Below are positions 1 through 8,022 of a DNA stretch of 20,000 bases, piece by piece. The notes beneath the pieces were generated by a model. The model had not been told where the DNA came from. It made no database searches and saw only the letters and a list, made by a program, of their open reading frames with translations. A program made the position numbers and the translations under genes. The stretch is taken from the IMG/VR virus record IMGVR_UViG_3300013981_000002, one strand, 5' to 3'. Numbering within the stretch: position 1 is the stretch's first letter; each line of letters begins with the position of its first letter. Source of the stretch: an uncultured virus (IMG/VR IMGVR_UViG_3300013981_000002) (lineage: Duplodnaviria > Heunggongvirae > Uroviricota > Caudoviricetes > Autographiviridae).

Positions 1-394
1 CGCGGAAGCCAAGCCAGCCGAGCCATCGCCGCGTGGTGACGGCGTGGACATCGACGAAGTTGAAGATGGTGCCGAAGGTGGCCGACCACTCGTCGCTGAT
101 CCGCCGAGCTTCTCGGAGGAACGTGCGGCAGAACGTGGGAGCCACCAGGGCGTCGGTGCCCAGCAGCCAAACCGAGGCGATACCCTCGGCGTGCTGGCTG
201 AAGCCGAAGATGCACACGGGGGAACCGTCGTGCATCGCGGCGAAACTGCGGTCGCTCGCGGTCACTGCAAATGCGAGCGCCTGGAGCGGGGTGTGACCAT
301 GCGAAGCCGCCACCTCCAGGATGTCCTCCTGCCGCATGTTCTCGGCGACGTGGAGGATGTCGCTGGCGGTGGGGCTTCGATAGGTCAGGGTCAT
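1..394 (-). CDS. Internal virion protein A (T7 gp13-like), truncated at window edge
   Basis: Manual translation MTLTYRSPTASDILHVAENMRQEDILEVAAS...VWLLGTD...FNFVDVHAVTTRRWLGWLGFR. ATG overlaps the tail tubular B stop (ATGA). The MR..D..E, WLLGT and WL.WLGF motifs and the position after gp12 match gp13-like proteins. Confidence 0.75.
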   Translation of the reverse strand, partial: MTLTYRSPTASDILHVAENMRQEDILEVAASHGHTPLQALAFAVTASDRSFAAMHDGSPVCIFGFSQHAEGIASVWLLGTDALVAPTFCRTFLREARRISDEWSATFGTIFNFVDVHAVTTRRWLGWLGFR

Positions 395-2523
395 ACTCGG
401 CTGCGGGAGACGAACATGCCGCGCCACTGTGCTGACTGGAACCAGCACTGGAACGGCAGGCGGTTGACGAGGTGCATGCGGACGCTGTTGGCGTCGCCCA
501 GCACGGGGAACCGGCGAGAGCCGGAGTGGAACGTCGGGGCGCTGGTGCGGAACACCGAGTCGTTGAGGACGCGCGCGGTGTACGCACCGGAGTGCGACGC
601 CACGTAGGTCTCGACGCGGCCATTGCCGTGCTGCTCGACCTCCAGCTCGAAGTACGCGCCATCCTTGTAGGCGACCTCGATGTCACGCACCTGCGTGCGG
701 CCCACCAGCACGGCCTGGTTCTGCCCACCGCGAACGATGGGCTTGGTCAGGGTGAGGCGGTGCTCGTAGTCCATGCCGACGACCACGCGGCCCTCGGTGT
801 GGTTACCGGGGAGCGCAAGGCGGGTGCGGGCGTTGTCCCAGCGCGCCTTGGTGATGTCCAGGTACGCGCCGGGGTCTTGCCAGTCGTCCGTCTTGAGGAC
901 GGTGACCGTCATGCCATCGGGCACGATGTAGGGCAGGTCGATCCAGGTCTCGTTGCCGAACTGCTGATAGGTGGGCTGCACCACCAGCATGCGGTCGAGC
1001 AGGAAGTTGTAGTCGCCCGTGGCATCCGTGTCGTGCTGGTTGAGCACCATGCGGAACTTGAGCAGCTCGCAGCCGCCGCCTGGGGCTTCCGCGACGGCGT
1101 ACAGCACGTCGTTGATGGCGTGCATGTGGACGATGCGACCGACGCCGGAGATTGACCAGCGCGTCCATGCGGACTGCTGCTTCTCGTCGCCGATCCAGCG
1201 GACGAAGTAGACGTAGAGCTGCGCGTCGGTCGGCTCGTCAGGAGCGAAGAACACGCAGTCGGCACCACTTGCGCTCGCCATCGCTCGCATGCGGCCCGGC
1301 ATCAGCTTGGGCACATGCGCCGTCACGTCGGCGGCGTCGCCGGTCACCGACAGGTCGTCGATGAAGTATTCGCGCACGCTGGCGTATGCGCCGCTGTCCT
1401 CGGTGAAGTACAGCGACTCGCCCATCAGCTTCGGCCGGATGTACGGCGAGCTGCTGTAGCTGTTGACCGGATCGCTCTTGACGTTCTTGGCGGCCAGGTA
1501 CGGCTCGGCGGTCAGGAGGAACTGGCCGCCCGCAGCGGCAAGGAACAGGGCCGACTGGAACGGGACTGCGTGGTAGAGCGTGGTGACGCCGTTAGACCCG
1601 CTGACGCTCACGTCGATGGGGTCGGCGTCGAGCACCTGGGTCACCGAAGTGCGCCAGAGGTTGAACGGATCGGAGACCTCGGACATCAGCACGTTCTCCC
1701 CGGCCAGGAAGCCTAGGCGGTCCCGGTGCTTGAACACCTCGCGGATGCGCTGGCCGTCGATGGACGGGAACGGGTTGCTTTGCTCGTCACCCGCGAGCCG
1801 CGCGGTCCACTCCGGTCCACCGAAGGAGAACCAAAAGCCGTCCGCATGCACCGGATCGGGGATGCGCTTGAGGATGTGGGGCATCGTCTTGGCATCGAAG
1901 CGGTGCTTGATGCCTGGCCGGGCGACCTCCAAGTAGACCGAGGAGGACTGCTTCTGGACGTAGTAGTCGTCGAACTGCGACTCGGACGAGCCGATGATGT
2001 TGTAGATCGCGCCGGTCGGCACAACGGCCGAGCCTTTGTCACCGGGCTTCGGCAGGTCCGACATCGTTTGCGCCGATCCGTACAGCGAACCGGGCGACAG
2101 CTCATCGCTCTGCTTCACGTCTACCAGCCGGTTGACGATGAAGGTGGTGTCGGAGAACGTCGCCAGCGCAAAGCACGACCACGCACGCTGTCCCTGGGTG
2201 TCCAAATAATCGAGCGCGTCGCCCGTGGCGTTGACGGTGTATTCCTTGCCGGTCTCGTGGTCGAACACGCGGATGCTGCGGTGACCCACGGCGACGATGT
2301 AGCGCTCGTTCTCATCGCGGACGATGGAGTGGAAGGCGCAGTCGTGATCGAGGGTGACGCCAAGGCCAGCAACGAACTCGGCGGGCGGGCGCTTGCCAGC
2401 GCCCATTGCGGCATGCAGCCAGGCGTTGATCGCCTTAGTGAGCTGGTTCGGCGAGCGGACGGTATCGTCCTGCTGCGACTCGCCTCCCAGGAACGAGGGG
2501 TAGTCCCCCGTGATTAGCGGCAT
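391..2523 (-). CDS. Tail tubular protein B / nozzle (T7 gp12-like)
   Basis: About 710 aa. N-terminal GG.SQQ and KRP motifs, ADVTAHVP, KQQSAWTRW. Start placed at ATG 2523 (TGATG overlap with tubular A stop) rather than 2535. Confidence 0.9.
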   Translation of the reverse strand: MPLITGDYPSFLGGESQQDDTVRSPNQLTKAINAWLHAAMGAGKRPPAEFVAGLGVTLDHDCAFHSIVRDENERYIVAVGHRSIRVFDHETGKEYTVNATGDALDYLDTQGQRAWSCFALATFSDTTFIVNRLVDVKQSDELSPGSLYGSAQTMSDLPKPGDKGSAVVPTGAIYNIIGSSESQFDDYYVQKQSSSVYLEVARPGIKHRFDAKTMPHILKRIPDPVHADGFWFSFGGPEWTARLAGDEQSNPFPSIDGQRIREVFKHRDRLGFLAGENVLMSEVSDPFNLWRTSVTQVLDADPIDVSVSGSNGVTTLYHAVPFQSALFLAAAGGQFLLTAEPYLAAKNVKSDPVNSYSSSPYIRPKLMGESLYFTEDSGAYASVREYFIDDLSVTGDAADVTAHVPKLMPGRMRAMASASGADCVFFAPDEPTDAQLYVYFVRWIGDEKQQSAWTRWSISGVGRIVHMHAINDVLYAVAEAPGGGCELLKFRMVLNQHDTDATGDYNFLLDRMLVVQPTYQQFGNETWIDLPYIVPDGMTVTVLKTDDWQDPGAYLDITKARWDNARTRLALPGNHTEGRVVVGMDYEHRLTLTKPIVRGGQNQAVLVGRTQVRDIEVAYKDGAYFELEVEQHGNGRVETYVASHSGAYTARVLNDSVFRTSAPTFHSGSRRFPVLGDANSVRMHLVNRLPFQCWFQSAQWRGMFVSRSRV

Positions 2524-3113
2524 CAGCGGTCCCAAATATCAGACACGTCCGTCGATCCACTGAGGAAGTTGTGGCCGCGGGCGTAGGTGAAGTCGGCGTG
2601 CTCCTGGGCGAAGATGAGGTATGCCTCCTCCTCGTGCTTCTCGGTGAACACGTAGAGCTGGTCGCTGCCCAGCACGCTCGTCTGGAACAGACGCGCAGCG
2701 CGCACGGCGATGTAGCGACGGGCCGACTCGGGAAGCTCCTCGTAGGCGAGGAACCAGGTCACGAAGTCGGCGGTGGGTGCCGACGAGAAGGTGTCGGCGA
2801 GGGTGAGCGGGTTGATGAGGCGCGTGCCTCGGATCACCAGTGGCTCGCTTCCGCGTGCGGGGACGAGCTTGAGGATCGACTGCGGCGGCAGCACCTTGCC
2901 TTCCGCGTTGAGCGTGAAGGTGAACGACTCGCTGGTGTTGAACCACCAGCCAGCGGTTTGGACCTCGCGGCTCACCGCGCGGAGGGTGTCGCGCGCCTGC
3001 GAGGCGTACAGGTTGCCGAGCGCTTCGAGGTCGCTGATCGGCGCTTCGCCGATAGCACCGAGCAGCACGTTGACGGCTTCGAGTTCCGTGGTCGGAGTGA
3101 GTTCGAGGTTCAT
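2523..3113 (-). CDS. Tail tubular protein A / adaptor (T7 gp11-like)
   Basis: 196 aa. TELEAVN.LL.AIGEAP, GWWFN and ELPESARRYI..RAAR.FQ motifs. Follows the capsid gene. Confidence 0.92.
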   Translation of the reverse strand: MNLELTPTTELEAVNVLLGAIGEAPISDLEALGNLYASQARDTLRAVSREVQTAGWWFNTSESFTFTLNAEGKVLPPQSILKLVPARGSEPLVIRGTRLINPLTLADTFSSAPTADFVTWFLAYEELPESARRYIAVRAARLFQTSVLGSDQLYVFTEKHEEEAYLIFAQEHADFTYARGHNFLSGSTDVSDIWDR

Positions 3114-3124
3114 GGATTCGGGGC

Positions 3125-3160
3125 AAAAAAACGGGGGACACCCGTATGGATGTCCCCCGT
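3125..3160 (-). terminator. T-phi-like intrinsic terminator after the major capsid gene
   Basis: Minus strand ACGGGGGACATCC-ATAC-GGGTGTCCCCCGT followed by a T run. Same position as T7 T-phi. Confidence 0.9.
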
Positions 3161-3263
3161 AGATGGAGAGAGATTGGAGTTGGGACGGGAGCCGACTTGA
3201 CGATCTAGGTCTGCGGTGCCAGCTACACGACCGGGTACTCTATGAGTCCCGTCCCGGTGGAAC

Positions 3264-4217
3264 TTACGCGGCCTTCGACAGCTCGATGGCACCGCGCGGA
3301 GCCAGGATGCCGTGACCCAGCGCGTACTTCGCCAGCATCAGGGTGCCCTGCTTCTCGCCCTGGTACACGTCCTCCAGGGACAGGTCCAGCAGCTTGAGGG
3401 TGCCGACAGCCGAGCGGTGGAAGATCACGCCTACGGTGTCCGCGAAGTTGCCGCGGTACTTGGCCGGGATCGAGGCCAGGGCCGACTCATCGACACGCGG
3501 CATCGCGTTGATCTTCACCAGCGGGATGCGAGCGACCGAGGAAATGATCGCCTGGCCGTAGGAGCCGTTCGATTCCGCGTTGATGTCGCGGTCGATCAAG
3601 TCCTTGTTCTCGGTCAGCAGATACCACTGAGCCGGGGCCAGTGCGCCAGTGAACTCCTGCGGGTTGTCCGGCAGCAGCTTCTCGTCGAACAGCATGCGGG
3701 CGTTGCGGAACGCATCGGCCAGCACGGTCGCATCGGAGGCCATCGTGGCGGCCTTGATGATGGCACCACCTGGCTGGCCTTCGACCTTGCCTTCGGTGGT
3801 ACGCGCGGCCAGGATCGCGCAGCGCAGCTCGTTCTGCATGCGCTTGAGCGCCAGCTCCGCACCCTGCTGACGGGTGTACTCGGAACGCACATCGTAGTGG
3901 TTCATCGCCTCGTCGATGTTGGCGATGAAGGCGTGCGAGATCAGCATCGGATCGAGGGTGATGATGGTCTCGTTGTGCTCGACCACCAGGCCCTTGATCT
4001 CGGTGCCCGGCACATGGTACTCGGAGCCGATGGTGCCGACGTTCGGGAACGAGGCGGACTTGCCGCTCTCGATGTTGCGCACCGACACGCGGCCGTCCAG
4101 CTTGTAGTTCTCGACGAAGCTGGTGATGGTTTCAGCAGTGTAGTTCTGCTTGAACAGCGCCCAGGCGTCGCCGTTGGCCTGGGCTTGACCCAGGCGGGAG
4201 GGGATTGCGTCCGACAT
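3264..4217 (-). CDS. Major capsid protein (T7 gp10-like)
   Basis: 317 aa. VRNIESGKSASFP, IDEAMNHYDVRSEY, KYALGHGILAP motifs. SD AAGGA upstream. Confidence 0.95.
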   Translation of the reverse strand: MSDAIPSRLGQAQANGDAWALFKQNYTAETITSFVENYKLDGRVSVRNIESGKSASFPNVGTIGSEYHVPGTEIKGLVVEHNETIITLDPMLISHAFIANIDEAMNHYDVRSEYTRQQGAELALKRMQNELRCAILAARTTEGKVEGQPGGAIIKAATMASDATVLADAFRNARMLFDEKLLPDNPQEFTGALAPAQWYLLTENKDLIDRDINAESNGSYGQAIISSVARIPLVKINAMPRVDESALASIPAKYRGNFADTVGVIFHRSAVGTLKLLDLSLEDVYQGEKQGTLMLAKYALGHGILAPRGAIELSKAA

Positions 4218-4243
4218 TTAGTCCTTGCTTGAGGTTGAGTGGA

Positions 4244-5029
4244 TTACTTGAACAGCGGCGACACGGCCAGGCGGGCGGAGACTTCCGCGCGGTAAGCCGG
4301 ATCACGGTGGTAGCGCACATCGCGCATCGCTTCGACGACCTGCGCCTGCGACTGGAACGGCTTGGGGCCTGCATCGGCGTTCGATGCGGTCTTGCCATTC
4401 AGAAGGCGGCCGTTGCCGCCACGGAGGGCGACGAGGCCCTGGACTGCCAGCGCTGCGCGGCCGGCGTCGCCGGACTGCACCGCTTCGTTGAACGCCCGCT
4501 TCTGCTCGGCGCTCAGGTTGGTCTTAGCCCACTGGACCAGGCCGTCGTAACCGGCCTTGCCACCTGCGGGCGAGTAGACGGCGTTCTCGTAGGTCTGCAC
4601 GCGAGCGCGCAGGCCATCGACGTACACGTCCACCAGCTCCTTCGGATAGCCCGCGTCCTGGAGCTTCTTGTAGCTCTCCTCGGACAGCGCGCCGTTCGAG
4701 TTGAACTCGGTGGCGAAGTCGTCCAGGTTCAGGCCAGCCCGCGCCAGGGCGTCACGCGCGTCATCCGCGGTGGCGTCGTCGATGGTCGCGGGGCCGCCCT
4801 TGCCACCCTTGTCGTCGGCTGGCGTGCTCAGTTGTGCGTAGGCGGCTTCCAGCTCCTCCACGGTCTTGTACTTGCCGCCGTACAGGCGCTCGCCATCGGT
4901 GCCGCCCTGCGCGCCCGGTGCGGGCTGCTGGGTGTCTTGGGAGTTCTGCGGCGGCTGCTGACCTGGGGTCGGCTGGCCGTTGATGCCGTCAAGGTTGACG
5001 GTCACTTCGGACTTGCCCGGCTGCGACAT
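4244..5029 (-). CDS. Capsid assembly scaffolding protein (T7 gp9-like)
   Basis: 261 aa. GKYKTVEELE.AY, AGG..GY...VQWA..NL and F.S.AQ...AM.D.RY..DPAYR..V motifs. Lies between portal and capsid. Confidence 0.9.
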   Translation of the reverse strand: MSQPGKSEVTVNLDGINGQPTPGQQPPQNSQDTQQPAPGAQGGTDGERLYGGKYKTVEELEAAYAQLSTPADDKGGKGGPATIDDATADDARDALARAGLNLDDFATEFNSNGALSEESYKKLQDAGYPKELVDVYVDGLRARVQTYENAVYSPAGGKAGYDGLVQWAKTNLSAEQKRAFNEAVQSGDAGRAALAVQGLVALRGGNGRLLNGKTASNADAGPKPFQSQAQVVEAMRDVRYHRDPAYRAEVSARLAVSPLFK

Positions 5030-5172
5030 TACTTGTCCTCGGGCTTGTAGTTGACGATGACCAGGCCGTTCGCCTTGCGGGTGATCTCGGCCTTGCCCTT
5101 ACGCTCGACGCTCGGAGCCTTCGGGGCTTCCTTGGTCGGCTTGGCGGGCTTCTCGGTGGTTTCGTTCGACAT
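5029..5172 (-). CDS. Small Lys/Glu/Pro-rich hypothetical protein (47 aa)
   Basis: Manual translation MSNETTEKPAKPTKEAPKAPSVERKGKAEITRKANGLVIVNYKPEDK. SD AAGGA, and TAATG overlap with the scaffold start. Confidence 0.75.
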   Translation of the reverse strand: MSNETTEKPAKPTKEAPKAPSVERKGKAEITRKANGLVIVNYKPEDK

Positions 5173-5188
5173 TGCGTCCTTCTCGGGG

Positions 5189-6745
5189 TTACGGGGTTTG
5201 GGTCATCGCTGAGGCGATATTCGGAGCGGCACGGACCATCGCCTCCTGCGCCGAGGCGTCCTGCTGCTCGGCAGCAAGCTCGTCGTCGGAGCGGATCAGG
5301 CCCTTGGTGGAAATGTCGGAAGCGGCGGCCAGCCGGGAGATCGCCTCGCCACTGTTGAGGCGGCGTGCCTTCTCCTCTGCGCCGACAAGCGCATCCACTG
5401 CCTGACCGAACTCGATCAGCTTGTTCAGGTCGTGGCCGCGGCCGAGGGCAGCGATGCCAACGGTGATGCGCGGCTTGATGAGTTCCTGCGGCAGCTCGGG
5501 CAGGCGACCCTGCTTCTGGAGCTTGTGCAGGCGGCGGCGGATCAGTGGGAGCAAGAGCTGCTCGCCCGACATCGCCATGAAGCCGCTGAGGGCGTCGTCG
5601 AGTTCCTGGGTGAGCACCCGGATTTCGTAGGCGGTGACACGCTCGCCGGGGCGCTGCACGGCGGACTTCACGCCGAAGATCAGCTCCAGCGAGTTCGCTA
5701 GCGCCTCGGCCTCCTGACGCACGAAGTTCAGGTCGTAGGCTTTCTGGAGCTGGAGCGTGGTCACGTCGCTGGCGTCGCCACGCAGCACCGCGCCGGATTC
5801 GGCCTCGGTGAGCTGGCGCTCGCGGATCGTCGAGGTCGGCTTGAGGAACATGATGATCTTCGCCAGCGCGGCGGCACCCTTGCGGATCGCCTTACGCAGC
5901 GCCTCCAGCGACTCGAACGCGCCCACGTAGTCGTAGACCAGGCCCTCGCCGTAGTCGTCCACGAGGGACGGCGGGGCGCACAGGGGAATCCACGGGCAGG
6001 CGTCGATGGGGTAGGTGCCCACGGTCTCGGGCACTTCGACGCCCTCGACCTCCTGGACCACTTCCCACTCCTTGCCATCTTCCGAGCGACGCACCCAGGT
6101 GTAGAGGTTCACGTCGTCGTTCTTGGTCTTTTCGTCGCGTTCCTGGGCGAGCTTCTGCATCACCGCCGCGCGGATCGAGTCCGGCAGCATGGCCGGGGCG
6201 ATCTTGTCGAGCGTGATGATCTCCAGCACGTTGCCCAGGCCGTCGCGGTCCGTCACATAGGAGGTCAGCGGGTACAGCTTGGGCTTACCCTCGTCGGGGT
6301 CGTAGAGCAGGAAGTTGCCGAGGACAATGGCGTGCTTGGCCGCCTCGCTGAGGACCGGGCGGACGCCGCTGGTCTCCAGGTCGTTGACGATGACCCGCTC
6401 CACGTCCACCAGCGCGGCCTCCAGTTCGGAGGTCTCCACGCCAGCCTGCTCGGCGATGTTCTCGGCGACGGCCTGGTCAGGCGCGAGCTTGAACACCGAG
6501 GCGTTCGGCGGGAGCCAGGCCAGCACGATCTTCGAGGCCAGGGCGTTGACGCACTTCGGGCCGGTGTCGATGTAAGCGGAACCGGGGGTACGCGATTTCG
6601 CGCCCTCGTCCACCCACAGGCGGGGCAGGGTGACCTTGGCGCAGCGCTTGGCGCGCGTCTCGGCCTCTTTGCGGTTGGACTTGAGATCGCCGTAGCGCTT
6701 CGCGGCCGTCTGCTTCTCGGCCGAGGTCTGCTTGGCGTCAGCCAT
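5189..6745 (-). CDS. Head-tail connector / portal protein (T7 gp8-like)
   Basis: 518 aa. G.KCVNALASK, RDGLGNVLEI, ERVTAYEIR....EL...L and ALGRGHDL motifs. Confidence 0.95.
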   Translation of the reverse strand: MADAKQTSAEKQTAAKRYGDLKSNRKEAETRAKRCAKVTLPRLWVDEGAKSRTPGSAYIDTGPKCVNALASKIVLAWLPPNASVFKLAPDQAVAENIAEQAGVETSELEAALVDVERVIVNDLETSGVRPVLSEAAKHAIVLGNFLLYDPDEGKPKLYPLTSYVTDRDGLGNVLEIITLDKIAPAMLPDSIRAAVMQKLAQERDEKTKNDDVNLYTWVRRSEDGKEWEVVQEVEGVEVPETVGTYPIDACPWIPLCAPPSLVDDYGEGLVYDYVGAFESLEALRKAIRKGAAALAKIIMFLKPTSTIRERQLTEAESGAVLRGDASDVTTLQLQKAYDLNFVRQEAEALANSLELIFGVKSAVQRPGERVTAYEIRVLTQELDDALSGFMAMSGEQLLLPLIRRRLHKLQKQGRLPELPQELIKPRITVGIAALGRGHDLNKLIEFGQAVDALVGAEEKARRLNSGEAISRLAAASDISTKGLIRSDDELAAEQQDASAQEAMVRAAPNIASAMTQTP

Positions 6746-6908
6746 TCGGAATGGTCAGTCCTTGGTACTGCGTTGCGTTGTTCAGGTCCAGGCGGACCTT
6801 GGACTTACGCCGCTGATCGGCCGCGTGGCCGGTCGGCTGGGTGTCCTGGCGGGTCAGTAGGATCGGGTCTTTCTCCTGCTGGTCCGGCATGTTGGGCTTG
6901 CTGCACAT
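6738..6908 (-). CDS. Small virion / tail assembly protein (gp7.3-like, 56 aa)
   Basis: Manual translation MCSKPNMPDQQEKDPILLTRQDTQPTGHAADQRRKSKVRLDLNNATQYQGLTIPNG. MC- start, basic RRKSKVRLDL and GL.I end. Directly before the portal. Confidence 0.7.
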   Translation of the reverse strand: MCSKPNMPDQQEKDPILLTRQDTQPTGHAADQRRKSKVRLDLNNATQYQGLTIPNG

Positions 6909-6910
6909 GA

Positions 6911-7090
6911 TTAGCGGGCGCGGTGCTCCATCTGCTCGACCTTCCGCAGCGCCTTGAGCCGGAGGATCAGGCGGCGCTCGCCCTGCCGGAGCAGGAACTC
7001 CTCCTTCGGCTGGGCGGGGTCGTAGATCACTTCGGGGTGCAGTTCGTCCAGGAGGTCGATCAGGTCGTAGGAGTGCAGAGGGATTTGCAT
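6911..7090 (-). CDS. Hypothetical protein (59 aa), first gene of the late operon
   Basis: Manual translation MQIPLHSYDLIDLLDELHPEVIYDPAQPKEEFLLRQGERRLILRLKALRKVEQMEHRAR. Strong SD AGGAG. Confidence 0.8.
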   Translation of the reverse strand: MQIPLHSYDLIDLLDELHPEVIYDPAQPKEEFLLRQGERRLILRLKALRKVEQMEHRAR

Positions 7091-7114
7091 AGAACTCCTG
7101 GGTTATGAATAGGT

Positions 7115-7134
7115 GGGGAAACTGACGTTTCCCC
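7115..7134 (-). promoter_or_regulatory. 5' leader hairpin of the predicted late transcript
   Basis: GGGGAAAC-GTCA-GTTTCCCC directly after the promoter motif. Resembles the T7 phi10 leader stem-loop. Confidence 0.7.
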
Positions 7135-7151
7135 CGATGATGACTACTAAA
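7135..7151 (-). promoter_or_regulatory. Predicted phage RNAP late promoter (P3) TTTAGTAGTCATCATCG
   Basis: Intergenic copy of the 17-nt motif, running into a G tract, upstream of the structural genes. Confidence 0.8.
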
Positions 7152-7154
7152 CCC

Positions 7155-7691
7155 CTAGAGTCGGGCCAGCGATTCCGCGACCATCCGCAGGCGGTGGATC
7201 GGGCCGTTGTTGTCGATCACGGTGTCGATCAGGTCGCCGTGGACGCCTGCCTCCGAGGCATGCGCCGAGACCGTAGCCGCGCTGTCGCGGAGCACCTGGA
7301 CCACCTGGCCGCCCCACTCACGGATGAACTGCGCCTCGTTGTCGAAGCGAACGTCCGACACCACGACGCCAGCAGCGCCGTCGCGGCGGGCCTGACGGAT
7401 CTTCTGCGCGACAACCTTGACCCACAGGTCGCGGTCGATCATTTCGCGGCCCCACTCGGTGCCTACGGTCTGCATCAGGCGGCGCGGGGTCTGCCCGTTG
7501 AGCCAGTCGAGCGGCTCCTCCTTGAGCGGGCCGTCCTCCATCGCGGACACCGGCAGGCCGGTGATGTCCGCCACGAAGGCGCGGATCGGGGCCGCGAAGG
7601 ACAGCTTCACGAAGCCGTGGTCGCTGACCAGGAACTCGGCCAGGGTGTCTTTGCCGCTACGGGCGCGGCCGGTGATTCCGATGATCTTCAT
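7155..7691 (-). CDS. Deoxynucleoside monophosphate kinase
   Basis: 178 aa. P-loop GRARSGKDT, TPRRLMQTVGTEWGR, SDVRFDNE and H.SE motifs. SD GGAG. Confidence 0.9.
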   Translation of the reverse strand: MKIIGITGRARSGKDTLAEFLVSDHGFVKLSFAAPIRAFVADITGLPVSAMEDGPLKEEPLDWLNGQTPRRLMQTVGTEWGREMIDRDLWVKVVAQKIRQARRDGAAGVVVSDVRFDNEAQFIREWGGQVVQVLRDSAATVSAHASEAGVHGDLIDTVIDNNGPIHRLRMVAESLARL

Positions 7692-7702
7692 GGGGACTCC
7701 AG

Positions 7703-7730
7703 AAAAGGAAAGGCCCGCACGAGGCGGGCC
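7703..7730 (-). terminator. Intrinsic terminator-like hairpin before dNMP kinase
   Basis: GGCCCGC-CTCGT-GCGGGCC followed by TTTCCTTTT on the minus strand. Confidence 0.65.
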
Positions 7731-7753
7731 GGGGGGGACTTGGGGGAGAGGCG

Positions 7754-7816
7754 CTACCAGCCGGGACGGCCGTGCAGCGCCAGGTTGATGGCGAGGGCCA
7801 GCAGCTTCGGACGCAT
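7754..7816 (-). CDS. Possible 20-aa micro-ORF MRPKLLALAINLALHGRPGW
   Basis: TGATG coupling to the upstream gene and GC3-rich codons. Very short, so uncertain. Confidence 0.4.
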   Translation of the reverse strand: MRPKLLALAINLALHGRPGW

Positions 7817-8022
7817 CAGGCGAAGCACCGGGCGATCAGCCAGGCCGCACCAGCAGCGCCGACAGCGGCCGGCCACAGCTTGACGCGGCCAGCCGAGCGG
7901 TACAGGGCGCGTTCGAGGGTGTTGAGGCTGCGCCACCACAGCCAGGCGGCACCGTAGGCGACGAAGGCGAACAGCACGGCCAGCACGGCGACGATGGTGA
8001 TGAACAGGATCAGGGTTTCCAC
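7816..8022 (-). CDS. Small membrane protein (68 aa, two hydrophobic segments), holin candidate
   Basis: GTG start with AAGGA upstream. Hydrophobic stretches LILFITIVAVLAVLFAFVAYGAAWLWW and LWPAAVGAAGAAWLIA. Confidence 0.6.
   Translation of the reverse strand: METLILFITIVAVLAVLFAFVAYGAAWLWWRSLNTLERALYRSAGRVKLWPAAVGAAGAAWLIARCFA

Noticed and set aside
3240..3300. T7-style -1 frameshift or stop read-through of the capsid gene
   Set aside because: No slippery heptamer is visible near the capsid end, and in-frame read-through meets TAG after 7 codons.
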